Shown: positions 39,126 to 49,947, counted from the stretch's first letter. The stretch is DNA of 64,000 nucleotides from an uncultured Bdellovibrionales bacterium (GCA_964612055.1 CAZTBI010000001.1:420824-484823), one strand, 5' to 3'. The notes: generated from the sequence alone by a model not told the origin. Numbers and translations: made by a program.

Positions 39126-39578
39126 TTACTGCTTACATTGTGAAAGAAGCGACTTCAAAATATCGTGCGCCGTGACGATACCAACCAGTGTTTTCGACTC
39201 ATCCACCACCGGCAGGGTATTGAAGCTTTTCTCAACGCACAGGCAGCCAGCCTCCTCGGCCGTCATCGTAGGACTGACAAAGAGACACGGAGTGGTCATG
39301 AGCTCTCCCGCCGTAATCTCTGATAAGGACTTAGTCTCATCTATCTTGCCCTTCTTACTGCTCAAACGATTCATCAGATAGGAGGTCATGGAAACCGGTC
39401 CGGTATGCCCGTAAAAAAAATCTCCCTCGGCTATGATACCTTGCAGCTCAAAGAGCTCGTTCACGATCGGAACCGCATGGATCTGGTGCTGGGTAATGAG
39501 GTCCGCTACCGCTTGAGCCGAGCTCTCCGCCTTTACGGAAATGATATTGCTCGACATAATCTCCTGTACCGTTGCCAT
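39126..39578 (-). CDS. CBS-pair protein
   Basis: VQEIMS, LPVVD, LVGIVT. Confidence 0.92.
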   Translation of the reverse strand: MATVQEIMSSNIISVKAESSAQAVADLITQHQIHAVPIVNELFELQGIIAEGDFFYGHTGPVSMTSYLMNRLSSKKGKIDETKSLSEITAGELMTTPCLFVSPTMTAEEAGCLCVEKSFNTLPVVDESKTLVGIVTAHDILKSLLSQCKQ

Positions 39579-39613
39579 ATTTTTGCATTTACTAATTATT
39601 GCGTTACGCTCCC

Positions 39614-41740
39614 CTACTCATACCGGAGCGCGTTGAGCGCCGAAATATTCGTCGCCCGCCGAGCCGGATAGATACCGGTCACAATACCAACAATAAGCGA
39701 GAAGATAAGAATCGCCACAATAAAAGAGGGTGGAATATAGGAAACATCGATAGCGCCCGCCCCCTTGAAAATAGCGAGGAGGGACAGTCCTGCCCCCAAT
39801 GCCTTCCCCCCAATCAATCCCACGAAGAGCCCGAGGATGCCTCCGAAAAAAGCCAATACCATCGACTCTGTCAGAAACAGCTCCTGCACTTCAACCGACT
39901 TCATGCCGATCGCTTTCATGAGACCGACTTCCCGAGTGCGCTCCAAAAGAGAGACTGTTAGGGTATTGAACATACCGAGCGCCGCGACCCCGAGCGCGAC
40001 CATGCCAAGCAACCCCAAGATAATGCGGGCGCTCGCAAAGAAAGAATTGATCTGAGTAACAGTATCAGCCACCGAATTCGTCACAAATCCCATGCCCTCC
40101 ACCTGCTTACGCACATCGGAAAGTACGCTCTGGTTGGCTGCCGTGACCTTGACCTGAGAGTAATACCCTATGCCCAGACCGCGCAGGTCAATGAAGGGCA
40201 CATAGAAAATCGGGCTTTTATCTTCGGGAATGACGCCTACGATCGTGTAGTCTTCTGAGACCGATTCAACCTTTTTCTGGGCATCCGCAAGCAGGCTCCC
40301 TGTAATCACAAAACTCGTATTAAAAGTCTGACCGATGGCCGTGCCCTCTTCAATCGAGAGTACCCGAAGCATGGCCCGACTGACTACCGCTTCTTTCTTG
40401 GCACTAGACGAGAGAGGCACCCGCTCCACATCAGTGGCCGCGCCCTCTTCCCCCTCTCCCTCCACCTCCACCCAACCATCACCAGATTCCTTGATACTCA
40501 GCACTGGAAGCGCACTGCCACCCTGGGCCAGATCTGTCTTTTCTTTGGCGGTCAGCTCTCTCAACGTAAGCCAATCATCCGTGACAGCGAAGTACCCCTG
40601 CTTGGTAACGAGCTCCTCACTCTCGTCTCGAAGAAGCAGGTATTTTCCTCCGACACAATCCGTTTCCGCAGCGGAACAGTCCGTCTCTTCAAAGAGCGAG
40701 AAGCTGGCTCGAATCCATTTTCCCAAACTCTTGCCATCAGCATCTGTGGCCGCATTACCAAACTCGTCTTCGGCTGTATAGCTCCCTCCCCACACCATGG
40801 CCCCAAACTGCTCTATTCCCTCAATCTTGGCAAACCCGAGAATCGCCGACTGAGAATCAGGACTTTCCCGCAAACGCACCCAGTGCTGCCCTGCCCCAGA
40901 AAAAGCGACATCTTCGATGGTGTCACCTGATTTTTTCGGAACCGTCCGAGATTCGCTCGTCATTTGATCAATCGCAGGCAGCGTCAAATCATTGCTTTCA
41001 AAGAATCCTCCTTGAATTGGACGAATGGCTGATTGTTCCAGGTACTGCGTCGTCACTCCATACACCGCCATATCGGAGACAGAGTTCTGATAGTTGACTC
41101 GTCCCACGACTGCAATGACGGGCTCTGCGGAATCCACATTCGGGATCTGGTTGAAATCATTGATAGTAGTGTCGCTAATTTTGATCTTTCCGCCCGGTTG
41201 CAAAGAAACATCCGCCTGCTGCATCTCTTCCAGTTTCGCCACCTGAGAGATTACTAGACGCTGGAGACCATACCCGATAGACACCAAGAAGACAATAGAC
41301 CCGATACCGATGGCCATGCCGCCAATAGTGACAGCCGTTCGGGTCTTCTTTCCCTTCATATTCCGGATGGCGATCTCGATCAGACTCACCTTGTCGATAC
41401 TCTCGCCGTTGGCCGTACGGAAAAAACGAAAGAGTCGTTCCGCATAACGGGAGAAGAGAATTTCCGAGGGCGTATTCATAGTCAGCGCCTCCGGAGAAGA
41501 ATGCTTCTCCCTCCAAAGAACCCTCCAGTACCAGATACGAAAAGTGATTTTCGCTAATATGTAGATCAGGATAAGCAAAATAAACATGACAATCCGGATG
41601 AAGCTGTGCCGAAAAAAGTTACCGGTTGCCCGCAGAAAACCCATCACTCCCCAACTCTTCGGAACTGAGGCCGTCACTTCAGCGGGTGCCGAGACTGCTT
41701 CTGCGTTCTCTTTTTCTGTTTGTTTTGGTTTCCACCACAT
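39614..41740 (-). CDS. MacB/FtsX-family ABC permease with large extracellular insertion
   Basis: RTAVTIGGMAIG, NTLTVSLLERTREVGLMKAIG, YPARRA...ALRYE. Confidence 0.92.
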   Translation of the reverse strand: MWWKPKQTEKENAEAVSAPAEVTASVPKSWGVMGFLRATGNFFRHSFIRIVMFILLILIYILAKITFRIWYWRVLWREKHSSPEALTMNTPSEILFSRYAERLFRFFRTANGESIDKVSLIEIAIRNMKGKKTRTAVTIGGMAIGIGSIVFLVSIGYGLQRLVISQVAKLEEMQQADVSLQPGGKIKISDTTINDFNQIPNVDSAEPVIAVVGRVNYQNSVSDMAVYGVTTQYLEQSAIRPIQGGFFESNDLTLPAIDQMTSESRTVPKKSGDTIEDVAFSGAGQHWVRLRESPDSQSAILGFAKIEGIEQFGAMVWGGSYTAEDEFGNAATDADGKSLGKWIRASFSLFEETDCSAAETDCVGGKYLLLRDESEELVTKQGYFAVTDDWLTLRELTAKEKTDLAQGGSALPVLSIKESGDGWVEVEGEGEEGAATDVERVPLSSSAKKEAVVSRAMLRVLSIEEGTAIGQTFNTSFVITGSLLADAQKKVESVSEDYTIVGVIPEDKSPIFYVPFIDLRGLGIGYYSQVKVTAANQSVLSDVRKQVEGMGFVTNSVADTVTQINSFFASARIILGLLGMVALGVAALGMFNTLTVSLLERTREVGLMKAIGMKSVEVQELFLTESMVLAFFGGILGLFVGLIGGKALGAGLSLLAIFKGAGAIDVSYIPPSFIVAILIFSLIVGIVTGIYPARRATNISALNALRYE

Positions 41741-41743
41741 AGG

Positions 41744-42673
41744 CTATTGCTTATTGAGACTGCCAAAGTCGGCCTTCTTATAGGTCAGCTTGGCCTCGAG
41801 CGCTGCTTTGTCCGCATCACGGTATACGCCCTCAATGCGTCCGTCTCGCATATTGAGCGCTGTCTTTGAATAGCGGATGTACTCAAGATCATGCGTCACC
41901 ATAATGATGGTCTTCCCCATGTTATTGAGATCATTCAACAGGTACATAAGATTCTGACCTGCCTCGTAGTCGAGGTTACCAGTCGGCTCATCTGCCACCA
42001 GCACTTCCGGGTCGGTGATAATGGCCCGCGCCACCGATACGCGCTGCTGCTGCCCTCCCGAAAGCTCCATAGGATGGTAGTGTGCCCAGTCTTCCATTTT
42101 CATAAGTTTCAGCGTCTCATAGGCTTTTTCCAAACAGCTAGTCTTATCCTTTCCCAAAAGCATGAGCGGAAATGCCACGTTTTCCAAGACAGTGAGTGAT
42201 TTCACCCAATTCGACTGCTGATACACCATCCCGATATGGTGCTTGCGGAACTGTGCCCGATCATCCTCGTTCCGACCAGCGTACATGTCCTCTCCCAAAA
42301 ATGTGATAGTGCCCTTTGTTGGCGGTTCCAGTCCGAGCAGAATATGAAGGAGTGTGGACTTGCCGCATCCGGACGATCCGAAGAGCACCACAAAGTCCCC
42401 GCGCGTGACGCTAAAAGAGACCCCTTTCAAGACCAGTGCCATCTGAGTCCCGATATCGAACGCCTTAACGACGCCCTCTGCCCGGATAATTTCTTCACCG
42501 CTCCCTGCCGGAGCAGCGGCTACCTGCGGAGGAGGTCCCTCTGGCACGGGCGGTGCCGGATCGACCACCACGGGTGCCTCCTCAGGGACAGTGACAGTCT
42601 TCGGTAAAGGTACCGGAGGGGCTGACGCAACCTTTTTTCGAGTGCGAGTTTTGCGACCAAGAAGAACAGGCAT
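41744..42673 (-). CDS. MacB/LolD-family ABC ATPase
   Basis: [30 protein letters not shown]. Confidence 0.94.
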   Translation of the reverse strand: MPVLLGRKTRTRKKVASAPPVPLPKTVTVPEEAPVVVDPAPPVPEGPPPQVAAAPAGSGEEIIRAEGVVKAFDIGTQMALVLKGVSFSVTRGDFVVLFGSSGCGKSTLLHILLGLEPPTKGTITFLGEDMYAGRNEDDRAQFRKHHIGMVYQQSNWVKSLTVLENVAFPLMLLGKDKTSCLEKAYETLKLMKMEDWAHYHPMELSGGQQQRVSVARAIITDPEVLVADEPTGNLDYEAGQNLMYLLNDLNNMGKTIIMVTHDLEYIRYSKTALNMRDGRIEGVYRDADKAALEAKLTYKKADFGSLNKQ

Positions 42674-42684
42674 AACGTTTATAT

Positions 42685-45600
42685 TTATTGACCAAAAATC
42701 GATCGGAGGCTCGTAACCACCAGATCAAGCGCGTTGGCTGTCGCCTTCGGAGTGATGGCAACCGTATCGATCGAATTCCCCACATTTCCAGCCTTGTCGC
42801 GAGAAATAATGCGCAAGTGATACACCTTTGATGGCGTCAGCCCGGAAATGATTACTGTATGATTCGTCACCAAATTGGTGTCCTCCTGCGTTTTCTGAGC
42901 GTAGGTTGCTCCGGTACCCTCTCCGTATTCTACCTGAGAGGTTGATTGTTCGTCAGTAGTCCACGAAACCACGAGCTGCGCTTCGGCTTCTGCCTCACTG
43001 TTTTTCCCTCCCCGAGTGGCTACCGTTCCCTCGACGTTCACCTCTGATATCTGAGGTGGGCGAGTGTCAGTCGCCGTGGTAAAGTGCTGCGGGTCGGATT
43101 TCGCCTCATTCCCCGCCTTATCACGGCCCTTCACGATCAGGGTATAGGGCATCTGCGGCAGCAGGTTCCGGATCATCATCTTGTGCTCTCCCTTCAGAAG
43201 CTTCACATTCACCTCATCGCGAAGTTCCTCCGGACGACCATCCGGGTAGTAACTCACGATAGAAGAGGTGTCCGTATTGGTTGACCAGCTGATCAGCATG
43301 ACAGTCTGAGCCGAGCCACGCACCTGCTGGATACGCGCGTTCGATATCTTCGGTCGAGGCAGCGTCTCAAATGAAAGTGTGCTGCCATCGTACTCCTCCT
43401 CCTCACTATCCAACGTATTGACCTTGTAGTAGTATTTCGTTCCGTCTTGCAGTTCGTCCAGAGTCACATTGTAGGCCGTTTTGGTCGTCGAGGTGGCAAT
43501 CTCCTTGACGCTCCCGAATGAAGATGTCGTGCCGTAGTAGATCTTTACAGTGTTCGCATTCTCCACCGTAAACTCCAAGACAACATCAGACAGCCCGATA
43601 GTCTTGGCTGTCGGATCCGTTACAGTCGGGGCCGGCGTCGTTTCAAAGCTGTCCTCCGTCGATACCCCCGTATTGCCATCCTCGTCGGTCCACTTGGCCT
43701 TGAAATAGTAACGTGTTCCTGGCGATAGGTTTGTCAGATGGATCTCATGATCGGTAAGCTGATCCGAATTGCTAGGCTCTTCGCTATAGTACGAACGAGC
43801 ACTCTTGCCATACTGGATCTTACTGTCCGAAGCCCGATCAGTGCTCCATGCGATGGTCGCGGCCCGCGTTGTGATAGCCGACACCTTCGGTTCGGCAGAA
43901 AGTTCCGCCGCCGAAGTAAAGCGTCCCGATGGCAGCAATTCCACAGACGTACTGTACGAACCGCAATTCTGTACATTGTCGCAGGCCCGGACCTTGTAGT
44001 AATACGTTGTCTGACTCAGTCCGGTATCGACAAAAGCAATACCGGTGGTGGCCGCCGAATAGCTATAGGTCGTACCATCGGTCGAACGGTAAATCTGATA
44101 CTCATCAACGGTTCCGCTCGACGGCGCCTCCCAGGAAAGGGCGATCTTCCATGAGCTAGTGCTTTTGACTGAAACATCCGCAATTTCTATGCTGAGCGGT
44201 ATTCCCGGAGCGCTCGTATTGGCAGTAAATTCAATGCTGTCATAAGCCCCATAATTAATCGCGCCTCCGACATCATCGTGGTTCTTAGCCACGACATAAA
44301 ACGTATTGGTTCCGACTTGTGTTGCAAAAGCAGAGGCCGACAGGGAAGTAGCTCCAGCCGAAGTAAAGCTGCAGGTAATTTCTGAAGGAAGGGTGTTGAC
44401 CGTGTAGCAATAGGTGAGATCCTCTTCATCGCCTGAGTAACTCGACGGCGGATCCCAAGAAAAAGCAAAGGAATTAACCGTATTGGTAGCCGGTGTTGCA
44501 TCGAGATTTTGCGGAGCCGTTGGGCCGCTCCCAGCATAGTAAAACGCTACCTGAACCGTAGTACTCGACACATTCCCGGCATTATCGAGCGTCCGCAGAT
44601 AGAAATAATTCGCACCCGTCTGATACGCAGCTCCCGGGAGATTAACGCTCGTTGAGGCGGTAGTCGACGACCAGTCATCAGCATCTACTGATTCGTTCAC
44701 CTGATACTGATAGCCAGCGACGCCAGACGAAGCATCACTCGAAGTAGCCGTCCAGAAAAAGGTGAAGTCATTGGTGGAAGAATACCCCGTGGGAGCCACG
44801 GTCACTCCCGATGGATTCTGTGGGCCAACGGTATCAAGCTTATAAACAAACGCTGCATAAACCGAACTAACGTTCTGGGCATTATCCCGAGCCCGGATGC
44901 GAAGGTAGTAGGTCTGTCCACTGGTCAGACTAGAGGCTGTATAGGTACTCCCCACCTGAAAGGCCCCTGCCGTCTGCGGGTCCGCCGTATTGTCTGTCCC
45001 AAAATAAACGTAATATCCTCCGACTCCTGATCCTCCTGTGTCGCTCGCGCCGCTCCAACTGAAATAGGGCGCCGCATAAGTATACCAAGTGTCCGTCGTC
45101 AAAGACGTCAGTCCACCGCTTTCATTGAGGGCGGTAAGCGAACTTGGCGCTACTGGTGCCACGACATCGGCAGTCGATTCCATGATCACTTCATTCAGCG
45201 TGACAAGTTGATTGCCATCACCATCAAGCACCGCTTGCCACAAAAACCCGTCATCCGTGACCGGAAAAGTAGGGATATTCGTATTAATGACTGCCGCACT
45301 ATTTGATTCCGAGAGACTCGATGAAGTAGCCCAGGCTGCGCCGCTCCAGTACTTCCAGGTCGTTCCACCATCATCAGACAGCCGGTAGGTAATCGTACCT
45401 CCGTTGGCTGCTTCATCCGTCGTAAAGGTGTCCCATGATTTTACACCCGACAAGCGTATCGCACTGGTAGGCCTCACCCCTACCGGACTACTGGTATACG
45501 GCGTCGTATTGAAAGAAGAACGATCAATGTTACTGATACGGACCTCATCGATTGAACCGTCAAAATACCCCTGGGCAATACCACTTTCTCTTCCCCCTCC

Positions 45601-48540
45601 TGTTGTTCCAATATAGAGACTACTTGATCCATCTGCCATGGAAAGCGATTGCGAGACAGAGTTATCCAAAACCCCATCAATGTAGAGCTTCATGGTCGCC
45701 CCATCATAGGTAGCCGCTATGTGGTGCCAATTAGTATCTTGTCCTACGGTCGTCGACTGTAAGACGCCGTTTTGTCCATACGACCATACTCCTGCATCAG
45801 CATTAGCCGTGTTACCTGTCCCCGCAAAGAGTTTTCCAGAATAGACACTGAAGCTCGTGACCAATTCTATAGTGTTGGCCCAGCTGGAATTTAATGTGTT
45901 TCCAGCAATCTTGATCCATGTCCCACCCGAGTACTCCCATACTTCTCCGTCACCAGCCGTATTCCCTAGACCAGCTATGAGTTTGCCATTATAAACGGTC
46001 ATTGTTTTGACCTGTTCGTAAGTCCCAGCCGTCCAGCTCCCATTCAGATCATCTCCACCTACCTGTGTCCAAGCAGAGCCATTCCAACTCCATACATCTG
46101 CATCTCCAGCAGTCACACCGAGACCAGCATACAGACTGCCATTGTAAACAATCATGTAATCTACATCTTCGATAGTATTATCCCAACCAGAGTTTATGCC
46201 GTCCCCACCTACCTTCCCCCATACAGTCCCATTCCAACGCCAGACTTCGCTATCCCCAGCCGTCACGCCAAGACCAGCGTAAAGGTAATCTTCATAAACT
46301 GCCATCGAGAGAACACTCTCGTAGTTGGTGGTCCAGCCTGAGTTCGTACTATCACCACCAATTTTGGTCCAGGCAGAGCCATTCCAACGCCATACTTCAG
46401 CATCATTGGCACTCACCCCTAATCCAACATGAAGGTCTCCCTGATACACAGCCATAGAAAGAACACTCTCGTAGTTGGTGGTCCAGCCTGAGTTCAGACT
46501 ATCGCCACCAATTTTGGTCCAGGCAGAGCCATTCCAACGCCACACTTCAGCATCATTGGCAGTGGTACCGAGACCGACATAGAGATTGCCACCATCACTG
46601 ATCATGGAAGTGACCGACTCAAAAGTCTTCCCTGCCCAGCTTGAGTTAACACCCTGGCCACCAATGAGGGTCCAAGTACTCCCGTCAAATTCCCATACCA
46701 GAGCATTCCCAGCAACCGTTAACCCCGTTCCTGCGTAGAGTTTATCCGAATACGTCGTCATACTTTCCACGCTCTGAAGATTGAAAAAACCCCAGCTATG
46801 GTTATAGTAGTTACCTCCGACCTGAGTCCAAACACCACCACTATAGGCCCACACCTCCGAGCTTACCGATCCAGTCAGTCCGGCATAAAGAGTCGTTCCT
46901 ACATAACTCAGAGTTGATACAATCGTATGAGTATTAGTGAACCCAGAGTTGATAGCATCACCACCAATCTTGGTCCAAGCTGAACCATTCCAACTCCACA
47001 CTTCATTATCACCTGCAGTAGCACCGAGACCAGCATAGACGTTGGTGCCATCACCTCGAAGTGAATAGACAGCCTCATACGTACTTCCTGCCCAACCGGA
47101 ATTGAGAGCATCACCACCAATCTGTGTCCAGGTGCCAGAGGTGTAACTCCAGAGATCAGCATCACCCGCCGTTGTTCCGAGTCCTACATACAAAGTTGAC
47201 CCTTGATACAGCATGCTCGTTACCGTCTCAAAAGTAGAGTTTGCCCAACTCGAATTTACTGCATCCCCACCAATCCTCGTCCAAGCTGAACCATTCCAAC
47301 TCCACACTTCAGCATCACCTGCCGTCAACCCCAACCCGACATACAAGTTCGTCCCGTCATTGACCATCTGGTACACGTACTCGAAGTTCGTCGTCCAGCC
47401 TGAGTTCAGGCTGTCCCCTCCAATCTTGGTCCAAGCTGAACCGTTCCAACTCCACACTTCAGCATCATTAGCAGTCGAACCCAACCCAGCATACAGCGTA
47501 TCATCAAAGTAGCTCATGCTATACACTACTTCAAAGGTACTGACGGCCCAGCTGGAATTAATAGCATCACCACCAATTCTGGACCAGGTAGAACCGTTCC
47601 AACGCCACACTTCAGCATCTCCAGCGGTCGCACCCAGACCCGCGTAGATATTGGTACCATCCGTAGTCAACGAATAAACTCCCTCAAAAGTTTGATCAGC
47701 CCAACTCGAGTTGAGCCCATCACCACCAATCTGGGTCCATATCGTTCCATCCCAACTCCAGACCTCAGCATCACCGATAGCATTCCCTAATCCGACATAG
47801 AGTGTATCGTCGATGACGGTCTGAGATTCGATTGAAATCTTGCCGTTCAGGTCCCAGCTATCATTAATGTCATTCCCTGCTTGTTGGGTCCAGGTGGTTT
47901 CTGAACCATCGGCCAATTCGTACTGGATTTTTCCCGTATTGTAGTTATAAAACAAGCGGTAGTCCCCTTTATCGATTACTCCCTGATTATTGTCATGACT
48001 CCCGGCTGAAAACGTAGTATCAAACTTCGTCCAGGCTTCGAGCGTATTGTCCTGAGAAAGCGATAGGCTCGCGGAGTCAGGGACCGAAACAAAGTCGGAA
48101 TTGCCATCAAAGGTCAACGCATTGTTCAAATTCCCTGCCCCGAAGGTGGCACCCGTCACTGCCCCATCATTAGCATTACTCGAGGCATCATCGGCTGTGG
48201 AGCCGCTCGATTCATCCAAATGAAAGAGTGCCACCGTATCAGCGTCGCTCGTATAATTCTGTACTTTGAGTCGGGCGGTTGATGAAGCCACCTCGACTAG
48301 CGCGGCGTCCGAGGGCGTATAATCATCAGAAACCGAGAAGTTCCATGTATCGGCAGTATCAGCAGCAAAGATCTTGGGAATAACACCAGAGAGCGTGAGG
48401 TAGAATCCGAAAACGGCTCCGGAAAAGAGAAAAAAGAGACTGACTACGTTAAATTGCCAACGAAAAACCAACACTTTTCTTGCGAAAAAGCGCCGAAAAA
48501 ATCCGGATGTCTGTTTCTTTTTTTTTGTTTCTCGGGGCAT
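42685..48540 (-). CDS. 1951-aa surface protein: N-terminal TM, LamG domain split by 14 beta-propeller-like repeats, multiple fibronectin type III domains
   Basis: LFHLDESSG...ALTFDG and WHHIAATYDG...FDGSIDEVRI halves of LamG; 14 IGGDxxNSxW repeats; LxxGTxYYY FnIII motifs. Confidence 0.88.
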   Translation of the reverse strand: MPRETKKKKQTSGFFRRFFARKVLVFRWQFNVVSLFFLFSGAVFGFYLTLSGVIPKIFAADTADTWNFSVSDDYTPSDAALVEVASSTARLKVQNYTSDADTVALFHLDESSGSTADDASSNANDGAVTGATFGAGNLNNALTFDGNSDFVSVPDSASLSLSQDNTLEAWTKFDTTFSAGSHDNNQGVIDKGDYRLFYNYNTGKIQYELADGSETTWTQQAGNDINDSWDLNGKISIESQTVIDDTLYVGLGNAIGDAEVWSWDGTIWTQIGGDGLNSSWADQTFEGVYSLTTDGTNIYAGLGATAGDAEVWRWNGSTWSRIGGDAINSSWAVSTFEVVYSMSYFDDTLYAGLGSTANDAEVWSWNGSAWTKIGGDSLNSGWTTNFEYVYQMVNDGTNLYVGLGLTAGDAEVWSWNGSAWTRIGGDAVNSSWANSTFETVTSMLYQGSTLYVGLGTTAGDADLWSYTSGTWTQIGGDALNSGWAGSTYEAVYSLRGDGTNVYAGLGATAGDNEVWSWNGSAWTKIGGDAINSGFTNTHTIVSTLSYVGTTLYAGLTGSVSSEVWAYSGGVWTQVGGNYYNHSWGFFNLQSVESMTTYSDKLYAGTGLTVAGNALVWEFDGSTWTLIGGQGVNSSWAGKTFESVTSMISDGGNLYVGLGTTANDAEVWRWNGSAWTKIGGDSLNSGWTTNYESVLSMAVYQGDLHVGLGVSANDAEVWRWNGSAWTKIGGDSTNSGWTTNYESVLSMAVYEDYLYAGLGVTAGDSEVWRWNGTVWGKVGGDGINSGWDNTIEDVDYMIVYNGSLYAGLGVTAGDADVWSWNGSAWTQVGGDDLNGSWTAGTYEQVKTMTVYNGKLIAGLGNTAGDGEVWEYSGGTWIKIAGNTLNSSWANTIELVTSFSVYSGKLFAGTGNTANADAGVWSYGQNGVLQSTTVGQDTNWHHIAATYDGATMKLYIDGVLDNSVSQSLSMADGSSSLYIGTTGGGRESGIAQGYFDGSIDEVRISNIDRSSFNTTPYTSSPVGVRPTSAIRLSGVKSWDTFTTDEAANGGTITYRLSDDGGTTWKYWSGAAWATSSSLSESNSAAVINTNIPTFPVTDDGFLWQAVLDGDGNQLVTLNEVIMESTADVVAPVAPSSLTALNESGGLTSLTTDTWYTYAAPYFSWSGASDTGGSGVGGYYVYFGTDNTADPQTAGAFQVGSTYTASSLTSGQTYYLRIRARDNAQNVSSVYAAFVYKLDTVGPQNPSGVTVAPTGYSSTNDFTFFWTATSSDASSGVAGYQYQVNESVDADDWSSTTASTSVNLPGAAYQTGANYFYLRTLDNAGNVSSTTVQVAFYYAGSGPTAPQNLDATPATNTVNSFAFSWDPPSSYSGDEEDLTYCYTVNTLPSEITCSFTSAGATSLSASAFATQVGTNTFYVVAKNHDDVGGAINYGAYDSIEFTANTSAPGIPLSIEIADVSVKSTSSWKIALSWEAPSSGTVDEYQIYRSTDGTTYSYSAATTGIAFVDTGLSQTTYYYKVRACDNVQNCGSYSTSVELLPSGRFTSAAELSAEPKVSAITTRAATIAWSTDRASDSKIQYGKSARSYYSEEPSNSDQLTDHEIHLTNLSPGTRYYFKAKWTDEDGNTGVSTEDSFETTPAPTVTDPTAKTIGLSDVVLEFTVENANTVKIYYGTTSSFGSVKEIATSTTKTAYNVTLDELQDGTKYYYKVNTLDSEEEEYDGSTLSFETLPRPKISNARIQQVRGSAQTVMLISWSTNTDTSSIVSYYPDGRPEELRDEVNVKLLKGEHKMMIRNLLPQMPYTLIVKGRDKAGNEAKSDPQHFTTATDTRPPQISEVNVEGTVATRGGKNSEAEAEAQLVVSWTTDEQSTSQVEYGEGTGATYAQKTQEDTNLVTNHTVIISGLTPSKVYHLRIISRDKAGNVGNSIDTVAITPKATANALDLVVTSLRSIFGQ

Positions 48541-48628
48541 TATGTTTCCCAGAAAATCCCATTATGTATACCAAAAAACCCGCCATTGAGACGAGTTTAT
48601 TGTACCATAAAAAAGACCTGTCCTCCTA

Positions 48629-49678
48629 TCAGATTTTGAACACTATGACATCGCCATCCTGCACCACGTAGTCCTTGCCCTCGAGACGAAGCGTCCCGTT
48701 GTCTCTGGCAGCACTCCAAGATCCCGCTTCAACAAGCTTCGTCCAGTGAATTATTTCCGCTCGGATAAATTTTTCTTCAAAGTCGCCATGGATAGCAGCT
48801 CCCGCTTGCGGCGCTGTCGAGCCCTGGTGGATAGTCCAGGCGCGCGTCTCCACCTCGCCGGTCGTAAAATAGGTCATTAGTCCCAGAAGCGCATACGCCT
48901 TCTTGGCCAGATCTCCGAGATGGGACACCAGTTCCATTTCCGTTATTTCCTCCTGAGTCATTTCAATCAACTCCTCTTCGATCTTGATATCGAGCTTCAC
49001 ATGTGGTCGCGCCTCAAGCTCTGGTGCCAGTGTTACCGCGACATCAGAAACATTGTACACATAGAGAAACGGCTTCGTGGTAAGAAGCTGCAACTCCTTC
49101 ACAATCTTTTTTTCTTCATCAGAAAGCGTCTCAATCATGGCGTGCGGCAAACGGGCAGCTTGAAATTCTGTTTCCAACTTCTCAAGCACTCCCATCTCCG
49201 CCAGGGCTTCTTTCTTCCCGGCCCGCGCCTCTTTCACAGTTTTCAATTTCCGCTTCGTCACTGTCTCAAGATCAGCCAAGATGAGCTCAGTATTGATAAC
49301 TTCGATATCCTCTTTCGGTTCGACGCGGTTGTGGACATGGATAATATCAGGGTTTTCAAATACCCGCACCACTTCAACAATAGCATCCACCTCGCGGATA
49401 TTCTGCAAAAATTTATTGCCCAGCCCCTCCCCTTCGCTTGCCCCTTTCACCAAGCCAGCAATATCCACGAATTCGATCACTGCCGGAATGATCTTCTTGG
49501 TATTGGACATGACGGCCAATTTCCCCAAACGCTCATCAGGTACTTCGACGATCCCGACATTCGGCTCGATGGTACAGAAAGGATAGTTATTGATATCCAC
49601 CTGCTTCCGTGTCAGCGCCTTGAACAGTGTGGATTTCCCCACGTTTGGCAGCCCAACAATGCCCACTTTCAAACTCAT
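48629..49678 (-). CDS. ychF: Redox-regulated ATPase YchF
   Basis: GIVGLPNVGKSTLF, NYPFCTIEPN, DIAGLV, EGKDYVVQDGD. Confidence 0.98.
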   Translation of the reverse strand: MSLKVGIVGLPNVGKSTLFKALTRKQVDINNYPFCTIEPNVGIVEVPDERLGKLAVMSNTKKIIPAVIEFVDIAGLVKGASEGEGLGNKFLQNIREVDAIVEVVRVFENPDIIHVHNRVEPKEDIEVINTELILADLETVTKRKLKTVKEARAGKKEALAEMGVLEKLETEFQAARLPHAMIETLSDEEKKIVKELQLLTTKPFLYVYNVSDVAVTLAPELEARPHVKLDIKIEEELIEMTQEEITEMELVSHLGDLAKKAYALLGLMTYFTTGEVETRAWTIHQGSTAPQAGAAIHGDFEEKFIRAEIIHWTKLVEAGSWSAARDNGTLRLEGKDYVVQDGDVIVFKI

Positions 49679-49730
49679 AGTATATTCATTAGTTCATCTC
49701 ATTCTTCCAGAAAAACAGGCTTTGGTCAAT

Positions 49731-49874
49731 AATCATGCATCTTCCAAAAGTTCTCTTGGGCACACCTGGAGCCGAAAGCCAGTCTTTTCCGTTTTGGAAA
49801 AGTTTCGGCGAAGAGTAGAGAGAATCCGCTGGGATTCTCTCGGCACAAGAGAATTATTTGGAAGGTAAATGATT
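49731..49874. ncRNA. Structured three-way-junction motif, copy 1
   Basis: Homologous to 53801-53944 with compensatory stem changes; G-U pairs favour the + strand. Confidence 0.6.
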
Positions 49875-49879
49875 AAGGT

Positions 49880-49925
49880 TCAGTAAAAGAAAAAACGCCT
49901 CGCTCGTTGTGAAACGAGAGAGGCG
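49880..49925 (-). terminator. Terminator repeat, copy 1
   Basis: 46-bp hairpin plus U-tract, 2 mismatches versus 50878-50923. Confidence 0.8.
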
Positions 49926-49947
49926 CATAGAGCACGTTGGCCGAAAA

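Larger units (their letters stand above)
37546..48628. mobile_element. ~11-kb genomic island integrated at ychF, no integrase
   Basis: Bounded by direct copies of the ychF 3' end; five co-oriented cargo genes. Confidence 0.8.

Noticed and set aside
45775-47900. Tandem ~153-bp DNA repeats as CRISPR or DGR target
   Set aside because: They are in-frame protein repeats; no reverse transcriptase gene in the window.
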